From contig OZ374563.1 of assembly GCA_977862235.1 (NCBI GenBank), forward strand, positions 2,232,001 to 2,296,000: a DNA stretch of 64,000 nucleotides, in the 5' to 3' direction. The notes beneath the pieces are model-generated. The model had not been told where the DNA came from. It saw only the letters and a program-made list of their open reading frames with translations, and did no database searches. The translations under genes and the position numbers were made by a program. Numbering within the stretch: the stretch's first letter is position 1; each line of letters starts with the position of its first letter. The stretch is from Dudresnaya verticillata. Taxonomy: Eukaryota. Positions 35,370-48,975 of this stretch are shown here, in pieces.

Positions 35370-35449
35370 CTGGATCGGGCAGATCCCGGCTGGCGCAGCT
35401 ATTCGCGCGCTGCCGCCGTCGCGTCGGCCGGCGACGACGGACGGAGCGT

Positions 35450-35715
35450 TGTATTGTACAATACAGTCCTGTACCCAGGCAGAGTACCCTGCAGACATCC
35501 AATCAGATAGAGAGGAATGTCCAGGCACTGTTGTGCTGCAAAGAGGAGGTACCATACACTGTACAGTGTGCAGAGTTGCCTATGATGGCAGGGTCCGAGT
35601 ACAGATAGTACTCTTTCCCGACAGGCTCCCTTGCTGGGATTGGACCTGTCCGCACTGGCCCAGGCTCCCTGTGCCTGGAGTACTCCCAGGCGAGCTGCGC
35701 TGCTCGGGTGTTACA
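35450..35715 (-). repeat. Putative short 3' LTR of element E
   Basis: TG...CA bounded, next to a PPT-like GGGGG on the minus strand, ~70 nt after the E pol stop. No second copy in the window, so the left boundary is uncertain. Confidence 0.45.
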
Positions 35716-35783
35716 GTGCCCCCAAGCCGATGCTCAAGCAGAGCTGTACGGCTTGGCTAGTTGAGGTTAAACTGAGCGAGTGC

Positions 35784-36620
35784 TCACCGTTTCAAACCTC
35801 TGTCTTTCGCGGTTTGCAGGAAGTCCTCGACGCGTCCGGGCATGTCCTCAAGTACTTGGGATAATGGTTCCCAAGTCCAATCGAGTTCATCGGGGAGTCC
35901 TTCCCATTCCAGATTGACCTGGAGTACTCCATCAACGTCTCGAATTCCACGAATGTCCTTGACAATCTCGTATGTCGATTCGTTGTGACGTACGACTTTC
36001 AGTAGAGCGGGAAGTACTTCTTTTCAATCCATCTTTGCTCTGTAAAGATGCAAGCGGCGCACGTGGACAACCTCATGCTTGTCGTTGATAAGGTGCTGGA
36101 TCTCGAATGTCCATTCGGAGCGGACTGCGGTAACGCGTCGCGGTCCCCTCCAGAGAAAACGTAATTTATGTCCACCAGGCTGCGCTCTTCGTACGAGGAC
36201 AAAATCGCCCACCTGAAAGTTATGCGCCCTAACATTCGAACGACTGTTGTGGCGTTCATTGTGGCGTTTGCGCGCAGCACTTGAGTACTCAAGCGCGTCA
36301 CGATGCATACTCAGAAATGCACCCTGAAGCTTCTCGACGTTCAGTAGGGCGCGTGCGCGTACCTCATCGTCGGTCTTAGCCAGGCTGTACTTGTTCAGCG
36401 GCAATGCTCTCATCAGGGGTCGTACAGGACGGTGCCCCGTGAAAACTTCAAAAGGCGTGCGGTGTACTCCAGAACGCCAGTATCTCGAAGACCAAGCTTA
36501 CGTAGCGGTGTCTGATTGACGACGCTCTGTACCGCTTCGGTAACAGCAGACCAGTCTCTTGGCGCCAGTTTCCATTCGCCTAAGAGGGTTCGGCAAGGGC
36601 GAAGTACTTCGCGACAAACA
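35784..36620 (-). pseudogene. Element E (Gypsy) integrase C-terminal half and chromodomain
   Basis: ERVCREVLR...DWSAV...VNQTP; FQVGDFVLV...KLRFLWRGP; YEIVKDIRGIR...VNLEWEGLPDELDWTWEPL. Confidence 0.85.
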
Positions 36621-36625
36621 CGTTC

Positions 36626-37519
36626 TGTGGTGCAAGGGGAGGTGAGCCCTTTTTCGCTGAAAGCGGGCAACCCAAATACGTCGACCGACGGAGAAACCGC
36701 CACCGGCGCTCACCACCGCCGTTGGCGCGCGAACACGTCATCGACGGTTCACTGGGGCGCGCGCGCACTGCGCTCTGCGCCCCACGCGGGCACTGTACGG
36801 TGAGGGGCCGACGTGGCGCCCCGGAGCACTGTGATACGGATCCAGATGGGATCCGGACCCGGTAACCAGATTGGCTATCTGGATCGCCTGAGCTGTAAGA
36901 TACGCGCCTGTAAGGCTGCGGGTGTTCGCATTGCTGGCCCGATCCGGATGGGATCGGGATCGGACAAGTATCGGATTAGATCCAAGGCGCACGCTCTACA
37001 GTACATGCGCGCGCACAGCTGTAAGGCACACGCGTCCACGTGTGTGTGTAAGCACCCACACAGGGGGTTGCACGGCAGCCTGTCAGGCTCGCGGCTGCAT
37101 GCAACGGGTGATCTGTCAGGCGCGCCTCGGGACGACACGTGTCCCGAGTTCCCGCGCTACGCACACGCACCGACGCCGCCGCACCGCCGTACTATACTTA
37201 GGTAAGCCGTTCCAGACGTAACAGTAAACGCCCGGGCAAGCCGGCCTTGGTCCAGACTTCCCCGTTCCGCACGCGCGTATCCTACCGCTGCCTACGGCTC
37301 AAGCGTCTAACTCCCGTGCTTCCACGTCTATCATCGTCCTTGACGTGTTCCCTTTCTGTTTCCTTTTCCTTTCCGCCTCGGGCGTCTACAGTCCGCCCAA
37401 GGCGTGTCCTTTACTCTACCACAAGTCGCCCACGGCGAGGCTACTCACCGCCACGGGCGCAGCTACCCACCGAGCCCCGAACTACTCGGCGGTCTACCGT
37501 CACAGACGTTTGCACCACA
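36626..37519 (+). repeat. B1 5' LTR
   Basis: TGTGGTGCAA...TTGCACCACA; only a few substitutions and indels versus the 3' LTR. Confidence 0.97.
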
Positions 37520-37521
37520 TC

Positions 37522-37533
37522 TGGTCTCCCGAC
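37522..37533 (+). promoter_or_regulatory. Primer-binding site of B1
   Basis: TGGTCTCCCGAC 2 nt after the LTR; identical in B2. Confidence 0.8.
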
Positions 37534-37646
37534 GTAGAATTGTGCTACGTTTCAACGAGTTACTCCGTCGTGCGACGTCCGACTCTCCGTCTTCAGACGT
37601 TTGTCGCTAATCGTCCACGACGTTCAAGCAACTGTACGACTGCATC

Positions 37647-40208
37647 ATGGCCTCACGACCGCCGCCGTCGCGAGGCCCAAGTTCAAGAAGACCGTCTTCG
37701 ACGCCTGGGAGTGTACCCGCGTCAGAACGGTCGCTACAGCGGATGACAACGAGGTCTGGACGCCTCGTGAGCCCCGAGATCGCGTCGGCGTTCCCGACGC
37801 TACCCCCGGGCCACGGCCACGCAGGCTCCGACGCGTCGCTCAACGGAGGAGAGTTACTTCCCCCGCCGACGCGCAACCCCGTCGTCGTCCGCACCTCCGT
37901 CCCCGAGGTATCGGCCCTCCGCACCTACCGCTCCTACGTTGACTCGGCTGATACAGTACAAGCCGAGCAACAGGACGTCGTAGACGGAACACAAGCCGAC
38001 ATCGTCGAGGGACAACCGGAACTTCCGGATCAACCAACCATCCCCGTCAACGACGACCAAGGGCACTCCGCGGAACGCAACGTCGCTGACAAACCATTGA
38101 CACACGGGGCATGTTGCCCCACCCCCCACGGCAGTGCCGGTTGTTCGCCGGCTAGGCCGAAGTCGCCAAGCCAAAGGGGGCAAGGAACGCCCGACCGGTC
38201 AAACCGCGAAAGCCAACCGCCAACGGCGTCCCCCTCGGCCGTCCGCGTGAGTAACTTAACGATACCACGCGAACGGATCCGAGAAGTGTGCGTCTTGGAA
38301 GACGATGCGATGCTCGCTAGATTCGCCGGGTTGCTGGACGGCAGTGTCGGAGGAATCGCAAGTCGTCTACAGACGTTGGAAGAGGATCGGGACGGCGCCC
38401 TACAAGGGCTTCGCTCCGACCTCGACCGCCTATTGACGAACCAAAACGCCCAAGGCGAGGGTACACAACCACCGCCGGCAGTAACGGTTCATTCGCATTC
38501 TGAGCTTAGCTCACGCGAACGCTTTCAGCGACTTGCGACTCGCTTAGAGCGTCTCGAAACCGCCAAGTGGCGCAACGGTCCACCGTCGGGTGACGAGAGC
38601 TCGTGCGAAGATCGTCACAGACGTAAGGATCGGAAGAGACGCCGTCGCAAGCTGCGTCAGAGATGGTAGAAGAACCGTCATCGACGTGGGGACTCATCCT
38701 CGTCCTCTTTGGACTCGTCAAGTGACGGAGAGTCATCAGACTCTTCGTCTGAAGACGACGACTTCCCAGCTCTCGGCAGTGCCGCAAGACCTCGCGGAAA
38801 GCCGTTCAAGGGGTTGAAGGAACTACGCCCCTCCAACCCCCTTTTCGATCAGTTATTATCGTACAGGACTTACCGTCTCAAAGACGTAGGGCAAAAACGC
38901 TCAGGGCGCGATACGGGTAAGGTCAAGGACCATATTAAGCGCTTGGAACTGACCATGAAGGACGCCGCCTTCAACAGCAGCGACCCCGTCATGATCCTGG
39001 AGTTCCTGACGCGTTTCGTGGATGAAGCCGATACGCTGGAGATGAGCGAAGCCCAAGCGTTCGTCGCGCTGCCGTACTTCTTGCGAGGTACGGCAGCCAC
39101 GCAATTCCGCTCCGTCAAGTCGAAGTCCTCTCGCCATCGCGGCGGGGTGTCCTCGTATCCGGAGGCGGTACAGTACCTCCTCCGTATGTATGCTACGCCA
39201 GCGGCGATCAGGGACGCTGTCTTCTCCCTACGGTCGACTGTCCAGAAGCAAGGCGAGGACGAGACGACCTATAGGATGCGGCTAGCCGGTGCCTGTATTC
39301 GTTGCGGTAACGTATATCCCGATTGGGAAAAGATGACGCTGTACATCGACGGGTTATACCCGTCGATCAGGTCCCTGGTCGCTCGCTTCCGAGAAGAAAC
39401 GCCAAGGGCGGAGTTGTCATTTGAGCGGCTGGTCTACTTCGCACAGGACGAAGGGGATGCCAACCGCGCACGACACGGCAGAGCCGGTTCCGCGTCAGCA
39501 CGACGTGACCTACTGACACCGGCTCAAGCCGTACGCACACCGCGATCCGCCATCGACGATGCCCGAGAGGTACTGCGTCCACAGACGAGAGGCGCCAAGC
39601 CTGGAGCGCGCGCTATGATAGCGGAGTCCTCCGTCGAGTTCCGAGACGTTAGCCGCCCCGTCGATGACATGGAAACACACGCCGAAGGCGATCTGTACTT
39701 GGCAGACGAGCAAGCGTCGGTGCCAACCTCGGCTCTACCGACGGACAGCTACGTCGACGACGAAGACGCAAGGGATATGGACCCCGCTCTCGCCTTTGGA
39801 CGCTCGGTCGTACTCGCGCCACGCGTTCCCTATTCAGAGTATGCTCCTCACGTTCACCGAGCAAGGCCCGGATGGCAGGACAGAGGCCCGCCCCGTCAAG
39901 ACGCCCGTCGGCAGCTGGTATGCCACCAATGCTACGCCCGCGGACACATCGCGCCGGACTGCTTCCTCCGCATGAGCGACTTCATGAAGTTTATTACCAA
40001 CTATGAAGGACTAACCGAAGCCGAGAAGGCTGGTGTCCCCGCTGATGCGTATGTACATTGCAAGGAACGCGCGACCCGCGACGCTGCTCGCCGTGCTGCA
40101 CGACCACAATCGCCACGGGGCGGACATATGCCGCACGCGACAAAACGTCATCCGACGATGATCAATCGCTATGTAGCGCCACAACCACCGCCGCAGGCGA
40201 AAAACTAA
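37647..40208 (+). pseudogene. gag: B1 gag (premature TAG at 38667-38669)
   Basis: ORFs 37647..38669 and 38709..40208 are in one frame; CCHC knuckle CHQCYARGHIAPDC; B2 has AAG at the stop position. Confidence 0.9.
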
Positions 40209-43200
40209 CTCGGGCACCAACTCTTGACACTGGGGTGTCGCACCGCGAAGAGAGGCCTAGGCCTCGGGTGCTGACACGGAAGGAGGGCCCGAAGTTAGTT
40301 ACCGGTGACGCCAACGGGCGGATAGAGTCATCACGGACGTCATTAAAACGCCCATGGCGAAGGTACCAGCCCCCAGGCGCGAGGGCAGTTGTTGGTAATG
40401 GCCAAGAGGAACTATATGGTGTACGCCGATTTGGGCGCAACCGTTAGTACCTTGGGACGTAAACTCACTGTCCTCGACACGGGGGCTGGTCCGAATTTCA
40501 TTCGCATTGACGACATTCCGCTGGAAGCGCGATCGCGCATCGTGGCAAAGAGCCTCCCCGGCATAGCCGACGCCAACAATAAGGCGATCCAGACAAGAGG
40601 CACCATCGACCTGGTCGTTCGTCTAGGACGGAGAGTCGTCAAGTTGGAACTGATCGTTTGCGAACGACTCGCTGCGCCGGTTATACTCGGCTGCGACTTT
40701 TGCGACCGCCTCGTCGAAGCAATATATCCGCGAAGTCGCGAGGTTGAATTGGATGACGGGGCTCGTGTCCCTATAACGCGCCGCCCGCTGCGCCGACCCC
40801 CGTCGTATCCTCCGTTACCAACGGAAGAGGAATACGGCAAGGCCGAAGGAAGGACGTCTCCCAAGATCCGAGTAACCGAGCGCGCGATAATCCCGCCTAA
40901 GGCGCAGCAATGGGTATCGGTGACCACCGAGCGCGCCGGCATCATCACGATTCAACCGTTCGGAACGCTGTACCACAAACAAGGTCTGGCCGTTACGAAC
41001 GGGATTGCTCAAGTGGACCGGCTAAAAGCGTTTCGCATTCTGGTTGCCAACTTCTCTCCCCGCCCGCAGGCGCTGGCCAAGGGCCAAGTCGTCGCGACGG
41101 CGTTACCACATCCGACAGCAGTGTTCCCCAGTCACGTAAGTCTGGCCGATGTTTTGGGCCTCACAGAGGAACAGGCCGAGGAAGAGAAGGCAAACCAAGA
41201 TTTCCGTTTTCAAACGAACGATAACAATACGGCACAGCCGGATACTTTTACGAATTCTATCGAGTCAACCACTGCGAAACCTCCGTCAGTAGACGATTTA
41301 GACCTGGGGCATCTCCCCGCCGAGCATCAAGACCGGCTTAAGGAGATGTTGCGCAAGTATTCGTCTATGTGGGACGGTTCGTTGGGAGAAATCTCGACCA
41401 CGGAGCACTACATCGACTTGCTTCCCGGCTCTAGACCGATATCGTCCCCGCCCTACCGAGCGGGGCCGAAGCAAAGACAACTCGCTCAAGCGGAAGTGGA
41501 CCGCATGCTGCGTCAAGGGGTTATCGAACCTGCACAATCGCCGTGGGCATCACCAGTGGTCTTCGCCCCCAAGAAGGACGGGACCCTCCGCTTTTGCGTA
41601 GACTACCGTCGTTTAAACGCAGTAACCGTATGGGACACGTACCCGCTGCCGCGTATCGACGAATGCATCGACAGTCTAGGAGAAGCAAACGTCTTCACCA
41701 CCCTGGACTGTAACAGTGGGTACTGGCAAGTGCCGATCAATCCGCGAGACCGCGATAAGACTGCTTTCACGTGCCACGCCGGACTGTTCCGCTATAAGCG
41801 TATGCCATTCGGTCTCACGAACGCACCCGCTACGTTTCAACGAACGTTGGACATACTGCTCGCTGGTTACAAATGGCGTTCGTGCCTCATCTACCTCGAC
41901 GGCGTAATAATCTTCTCCAGCTACATCGACAGTCACTTCCGTCATGTTGATGAGATCCTTTCGACATTGCACCGCGCCAGGGTGACTCTGAAGTTGACCA
42001 AGTGTGACTTCTTAACCCCGACCGTCAACTACATAGGACACCTCATACGTCCAGGACGGTTAGAAGTTGACCGAACCGTCACTGCCGCGCTACGCGAAGC
42101 CAAGCATCCACGGGATCAGAAGGAGCTACGGAGTTTCCTCGGTCTTTGTAACGTCTACAGACGGTTCGTCTCGCGATACGCGCATGTCGCTGCCCCCCTC
42201 AACACGTTGCTGAGGAAGGAACACGACTTCCGGTTACAACCGTTTGATGAGACAAAAGCCAAAGCGTTCAGTACGCTCGTCGAGGCCGTGACTCATCCGC
42301 CTATACTGGCGCTACCACATCAGGGTCTCCTCTATTCCGTCGATTGTGACGCAAGCGAGTATCAGGTCGGCTTCGCTCTCTTTCAAACGCAGCCCGACGG
42401 GGAGCGTAAGCCGCTCAGATTCTGGTCCCGCTCGCTCACCACTCCAGAGCGTAACTACTTGGTATCCGAAAAGGAGTGCCTCGCAGTAGTATGGTCCGTC
42501 ATGACGCTGCGACCTTACCTCCAGATGGAGTCGTTCACAGTCCATACGGACCATTCGTCATTGAGGTGGCTGATTGAAATCAGCGACCCCTCTGGACGGT
42601 TAATGCGGTGGCGCCTTCGCCTTTCCGAGTTCTACTTTGTCGTGAAGTACAAAAAGGGGTTCCTGAATACTCAGGCAGATGCCCTTTCGCGTCTACAGAC
42701 GAAGGGAGAAACCGTCGAGCCCATTGACGATGATATACCGTGCTATCACGGAAGCTACGTCCAAGACGGCCATAAAACGTCAAAAGACGATCTGTCAGAC
42801 GCCGAAGGCGAGGTCGACTTCGCCGAACGAGAGTTCGAAGAGTTCGACCAAGTGTTGATCAACAACACGCCACCGGCGGATGAGGTACTCCTTCGCCAAG
42901 TGACGCATGAAGAGTTTGTACACGCCCAAGGCGATGAAAAATACTGTAACGATGTCAGGAAATGTCTGGATGACGGGATCATCTTACCGTTCGCAACGGA
43001 TGAACAGGGCCTGTTGGTCCGAACAGTGGAAGTCCGTCCGCAGGTGGTCGTACCCTCCGCGTTAAGCGCTCGCTTACTCCACCTCCGGCACCACGCCAAG
43101 TTGGCAGGGCACCCAGGGGGGCGTAAGTTGTATCATACGCTTCGACACGAATACTATTGGCCATCGATGCCAGTGGACTGCTATGCGGCCGTCCGCAACT

Positions 43201-44913
43201 GCGCTAAGAATCGCGTATTGCTGCGAAAGAACACCAAGCAATTGAAGTTATTCCCGGAAACCGAGCCTCTCGAATTCGTATCGATCGACATCCTGGGCGA
43301 ACTCATCGCACGAAGCGAGGAAACAAGTTCCTACTCGTCATTGGGGACCGCTTCTCGAAGCTGGTCCGGACGGTCCCACTGCGTAGTATTACGGCATTGG
43401 AGATCGCTAAGGCGTTTGTACGACATTGGCTCTTCGTGTACGGCCCCCCCAAGAAACTGTTGTCCGACAACGGACCACAGTTTTTGGCTAAGCTGTTTCA
43501 GGATATCTGCCGTCTTTTGGGAGTGGAGAATCTCTTCACCACGACGTACCATCCGCAATGAAATGGCCAGGTAGAACGATTCAATCGAACTATCCTGGCC
43601 TCGCTGCGTCACTACGTTGCGGATCATCCGAGAGACTGGGACCTGTTCACGGATGCCTTGACGTTCGCATAAAACACACAGTTGCATTCGTCTACACATC
43701 TCGCTCCGTTTGAATTGGTTCTGTCTAGGCCACCACGGCCATTCTCGCTCGAAGCGGAACCGTCGCTCGAAAGTGTACCCACCGCGGGGCAATACTACAC
43801 CAAGTGGCGAACCTGGCTGGCCGCCTGATGGGAACCGCTAAAGCGTCGTTAGAGAAAACTCAAGCACGTTACAAACGAAACTTCGATACCCGATTAAGGA
43901 AATCGAAGGAAGCAATCGCCGTAGGCGACTTTGTATTCGTACGTAAGGAATACTTCGCCCGAGGCGGGAGCACGGATCGCGCAGATCGTAAGCATAAGCT
44001 GGCGCCAGTGGCGGACGGACCATATCGGGTAACTCACGTTGATAACGAGACAGTAACCGTCGACAAGGGACGTGACGAGCGGGAACGTTTGTCCCGAGAG
44101 CGCGTGGTCTGGGCGCCGACCCCACCGGGTCAGGCGGCCCCTCCAATCGTCGTACCACCAGGTCCGCCTGAGGCGCAGGACGCAGTCGCCCCACGTCACA
44201 AGACGAAGGGACGACTACCCCCGACACGCCAACAGCGAACCCAGAGGGTGACGCAGAGACTTCGCATACTGCGGGAGATGCGCAATATCGTACGATCGCG
44301 GCGTCGCGCAGTTGTGGGTTTGCAGAGCTTTCGCCCTTCGCCGCCAATCCCAACGACCGCGCTTCGCAATCCGTCTCCAACGACGACAAATACCCCAGGG
44401 GTTCGCACCCATTTGGAACACGTCGCTACGGCACTGCCGAATGAGAACAATGACTCCGCTGAAAGCGCGTCCGATAACGAAGACATTAACCGTGCAAGCA
44501 CGGAGCAAGGCGCTGCAAGCGATGAACTCGTCTCAAGACGCAACAACCCACTGACCGCTGATCGAGCGTCCGAGGCCCAAGCCCAACGCCTTCGGCGATC
44601 AACTCGTCGAGTGCGCTTCGCCGAACCGGAACAGGCGCCCATCACGCAACGAGAATAACCTCCAAAGGCGCTGGAAAGGCCGAAGTCCAAGCCGAACGCT
44701 GTGAGCGGGAAAGAATACGTGATTGAACGCATCGAGTCGCACGCGTACGCGGATGATGATGAGATCCTCTACCGCGTCAAGTGGTTTGGATACCCCGCTT
44801 CAGCGAACACCTGGGAGCCAGTCTCCAGTTTGCCGCGATCCCACGTCACACGGTACCACCATCGAAAACGTACGCCGCTGCCGCCAAACGTCGACGACGC
44901 CCAGCGCGGCTAA
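40199..44913 (+). pseudogene. pol: B1 pol (PR, RT, RNase H, integrase, chromodomain) with frameshifts and stops
   Basis: LDTGAGPNF; RT with YLDG (mutated YLDD); DAS/EKE/TDH/ADALSR RNase H; DDE integrase; chromodomain EYVIERIESH...YRVKWFGYPASANTWEP at 44701-44913. Confidence 0.93.
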
Positions 44914-46184
44914 CCCTAATCCGGAAATACCGCTGGAAGCGAATGGACGGACGATCGAGACCGCGTGCTCGACCTACGACCGCCAAAAGCGCGGAAGTTC
45001 AACCCATGGCCTGTGGACGCGGTCGCCAGAGCGACAGCGCCAAACACGTGTGCGCGCCACGGACGAACGCGGACGCAAGTCGTGGCGTCATAAACAGCCT
45101 CGCGCACGACACCTCGCAGCATCCCCCATACGGAACCTCTGGATGGGTGCGCTGTTGACAGTGGATCCAGATCGCAAATCGAGATCCGCCGCCCGCGCCC
45201 CTCGGGTAATAGGGGGCAGTAATTGGTCAAAATTTGATTTCCAAACACGGCAGCGCGCACCACCCCGCCGTCAACGCACGACGAACGCAATCATGCCAAG
45301 TGGCTGAGCAGGTGCTACGAGCCCCAGCGACGACAGGCGCAAGTGGAAGCGCACAACAACCGTCTCCGACGTCGAGACGTGCACTCACCCCACGGCCACG
45401 TCCCTGGGACCGCCACCCTGCCGGCCAAGGTCTCGCGCGAAAGCACCCGTCGAACGTCTCTGACGTAACTCGCCGAAGAAGGGGCACACCGACAAACCCA
45501 CCCCCGAAGGGGGGAAGGTGGTCGAAGACGCAGTTGCTGTGGGTTCCGTGCACGACGCGCCAACAAATCGCCAACGACTCCGCCGCTGCCCGCGGCCGCC
45601 GCGGTCGCAGTCGCGCGAGCGCGACCACTCTACCCTACCCCCAAGGAGGAACGTCGAAGACGAACGGGGCGGCAACGCTAAGGCGTCAACACCTACCTCA
45701 CCGCCTTCGCGACCCTCGTCGAGGACGCCGACAAACAACGCCCAAGGCGCAGTGCGACACATGCATTACAAAAACGCTAAGTAAGCGGAAATACGCCAAC
45801 AGCCGCACGTGAAACACGAAGAACAACGCTACTAGAGCGGACACTACCAGCCAAACACAGCCGAAACGCAACGTACGGCCAAGGCTAAAGGCATCAAACG
45901 CCAACGCTACTGTAGCGGGAAATCAAGAACACGACGCAAAGTCGAAAGTGGATCACAAAGTACACCCTAAGGCCAACGCGAAACGCGACAAGAAAAGACG
46001 CTGACAATGGCCGAAGTTTACTGGGCTAAAACAAATGGGGACAACCCCTCGCCCTACCGATCGACCACTACAGCTACATTAATCGTCAAAAACGAAGGGG
46101 AATACCCCGCTCATCGGTCCCGCAAGGGAGCCGAAGGGCAACACAATACGCACCTCGCGTCCGCTATCCGTTCCTGAAACGACA

Positions 46185-48487
46185 TCAAGACTCTTTCGTC
46201 GCAGACGAATCGGCTGGCACATCCTCAGCGCCTTCGGCGGACTCACGCAACGCCTCTTCGTAGAGGTCGTCCTCCGTCGCCGACGGTACACTCACGGCAG
46301 GAGCCGGGGCGGACCGAAAGGCCTTGCCACCGCAACTGCCGGAGAGGTCGCAACAGGCGCCGCAGGCGAAAGGGGCGACCTATCAATCGCCTTTGGCGTC
46401 GTCGCGACAATATCCGCCAAAGGTGATGAAGCAATAACACCCGCCACAGGCGCAGAGCTCAAGCTATCGTTCGCCTTAGGCGCGGGCACAACCCCATCCG
46501 CTTTAAACGTACTCAACGACTCGTCGACCGCCTTTGGCGTCAGTTCAGAAACCGCCTTGATTGGCGTCGCCTCTTCACTCGCCTTCGGCTTTGTTAATCC
46601 GACACCCGTCAATGACGAAGGAGCACCTGGCCCCTTCGTAACCGTTAACGACGCTATAGCGGCATTCGCTTCGCTCTCCGCAGGTGGTACAGTCATACGC
46701 ACGTCTTTAGACGCCGGACCATTCTCCTTAGGCGACTAAGGCTTCTCTGCCACACCGTCCTTCGACTCAGAACCTACGACACTAGTCGACTTCGGCGCGG
46801 GCCCACCCTGAGGTGGAACCGCAGCCGACAAAGATTGGCTCATCCACTCAGTGGGTGAGCCGCTCAGACCGCTAGTAGCGACGCCGGCAGCCTGCAATAG
46901 CGCAAGCACGGTGCGGCGCTGCTCTTCGGTCCAAGCCGGCACCGGAGCTGGACTCCCAGAACCGTCTGCGACGTTTGATACTTCGCCTTGAGGCGTTATG
47001 GTCGGCGGAGCCGACTCCAATATTGGCGTCGCCATAACGGCATCGCCATCATCCTCAGCGACGGGAGCCGCAAGGTCCAGAGGCACAACAGCTGGCAGGC
47101 AAGCTGGCACCCCACCGCCACCGACAGCACCTCCGGGCGAAGCCGAAGACGCGGGTGCAGGCTCGGCAGACGCCTCAACCGCCATAGGCGTAGCGATATC
47201 CGTCCCAGACGGGTTCCCTGGTTCGCCATCGGCGTTAAACGCATCCTCCTCGGCCATTAAGGCACTCAAATGCGGAGGAAAATCACCGACAAAGTCTCAG
47301 CTCTTACGCAAACCACGCGGGTGATTACCCGGGGTGAAGCGGTCCGTTTTGCGATGGCACTCCGCAACGTTCTTCGTCGTACGACGCTTAGTCCATGGAT
47401 TATAATGGATCCACTCGCCACAGGCAGAGTGAGTACGACTCATCGCGAATCGCGGACGGTTCGCCTTACGGCGGTTGTTCGCATACGGCACCATTGCCAG
47501 ATCGTTCCAATCGATCTCATCCGCCACAGCGCGCAGGTTCCAGAACTCCTCGGCGTTCCGGGAGCCGCCAAATATTTCGACCAAGTCGAGGCAGCCAAGC
47601 TGAGCCACCACACGCGGGGGTAGGTGGTACATACGGAAGGTGTCATACACCTCCCATAACCACGCATACGCCAAATTGGCGACCCACTCCGTGTAAAACA
47701 CGTTCCAATACCTGGAATATGGGTCGGTCATCAGCTCGGAACCAAGATACGTGACACACGGAGGAAGCTCTACGGAGAAACCCTCGCATTTCTCAAACTC
47801 GCGCCATACCGGCGGCACCTTCACGAAACAGAAGGGTAACTTACTACGCTCAATGCGATCGACCTGCATGTCCTGGTAAGGTACGAATACGCCCTTTCGG
47901 CGACGCGTCTCGCACTCCCACCGGATACAACGCTCCCAAAAGAACGTACCCGTACGATGCAAGTAACGAAAATCCGCTTTCAAGCGTACGCCTAATAGGT
48001 AAGCCTCTCCCAACACACGGGGCTCAATCGACACGCTCACATGTTTGAACGATAGCGTCCCGAGACGAGCACCATACTCGGCTTCGCCGGCTGTGCGGTA
48101 TTGTCCCGCATCATAATTGAACAGGGGCGGCGTTAACGTCGACCCCAGATAACGCGTGAAGCGACGATGCACGTCTGAGACGAACTGCGTGTGGACGTCC
48201 GCACGCGACTGTCCCGCTCGCACCCAAAGCCATTCCGCAGGAACGGCACAGCGCAACTTCCATTCCAACGTCCAGACGACGCCGAGGGGCAGGCCCCCCG
48301 GTAAGAAACCGCTAGTAGCGTAGTGAGCGACCAATTCTTCCTCGCGCAAGGCCTCCTGTTCAAACCAGGGGGCCCGCGCGAAGAAATGCGCGTGATCGCG
48401 AGGGTTCTTTCCGACGAATTCGACCGGCGAAGCGTACAACGGCGCGGCCGAGGGCGCCGCCACCTGCATGCCATTGAACATCGGCAT
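46185..48487 (-). pseudogene. B1 antisense accessory gene (two stops, one frameshift)
   Basis: In-frame ORFs 47297..48535, 46736..47269 and 46292..46702 are colinear with B2 61288-63591. Confidence 0.85.
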
Positions 48488-48963
48488 GACGTCAACGTCG
48501 AGAATATGTTCGCGCCCACGGCGATGCCTGTACAAACGTCAAAGACGACTCGTGTTCTGCGCCACTGGCGAAAGCTTCAAGAAGCGTGCGTCGAAGACGA
48601 CTACTGTTGTAACGCCTCAGGCGAGGAAAAGAAACCCACGTCAATGACGTTCAGCTGCTGCGCCGCTGGCAATGCCAAAGGCAAACGACGTCGATGACGA
48701 TTAAGTTGCGACGCCCCAGGCGAGGGATATACAATAGACGTCAACGACGAAGCTCGTTATGCGCCACAGGTGGTGATGTCGGGGCAGCGTCAACGCAGTC
48801 GCACGGTCACAAACATGCAACAAGGGCGAAGTTCTTACGGCACAGCCGAGGTCGCAACGCGCACGCGGGCGCACCAACACAATACGCGAAGGCGCGGGAG
48901 TTGGCAAGGACGCAGCGGGAAGGCGCACGGCAGCAGGTTGAGGGTCGGGCGTGTTCGCGTTTT

Positions 48964-48972
48964 GGAGGGGGG
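48964..48972 (+). promoter_or_regulatory. Polypurine tract of B1
   Basis: GGAGGGGGG 3 nt before the 3' LTR. Confidence 0.85.
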
Positions 48973-48975
48973 TCG

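Noticed and set aside
36626..37519. Short ORFs inside the LTRs (also 51341..52255 and 1359..2123)
   Set aside because: Frames are not conserved between LTR copies; GC-rich artefacts.
45698..45904. Env-like or transmembrane ORF in the 3' region of B (also 60760..61059)
   Set aside because: Copies differ by nonsynonymous changes and frameshifts; the hydrophobicity follows from the T/G-rich strand bias.
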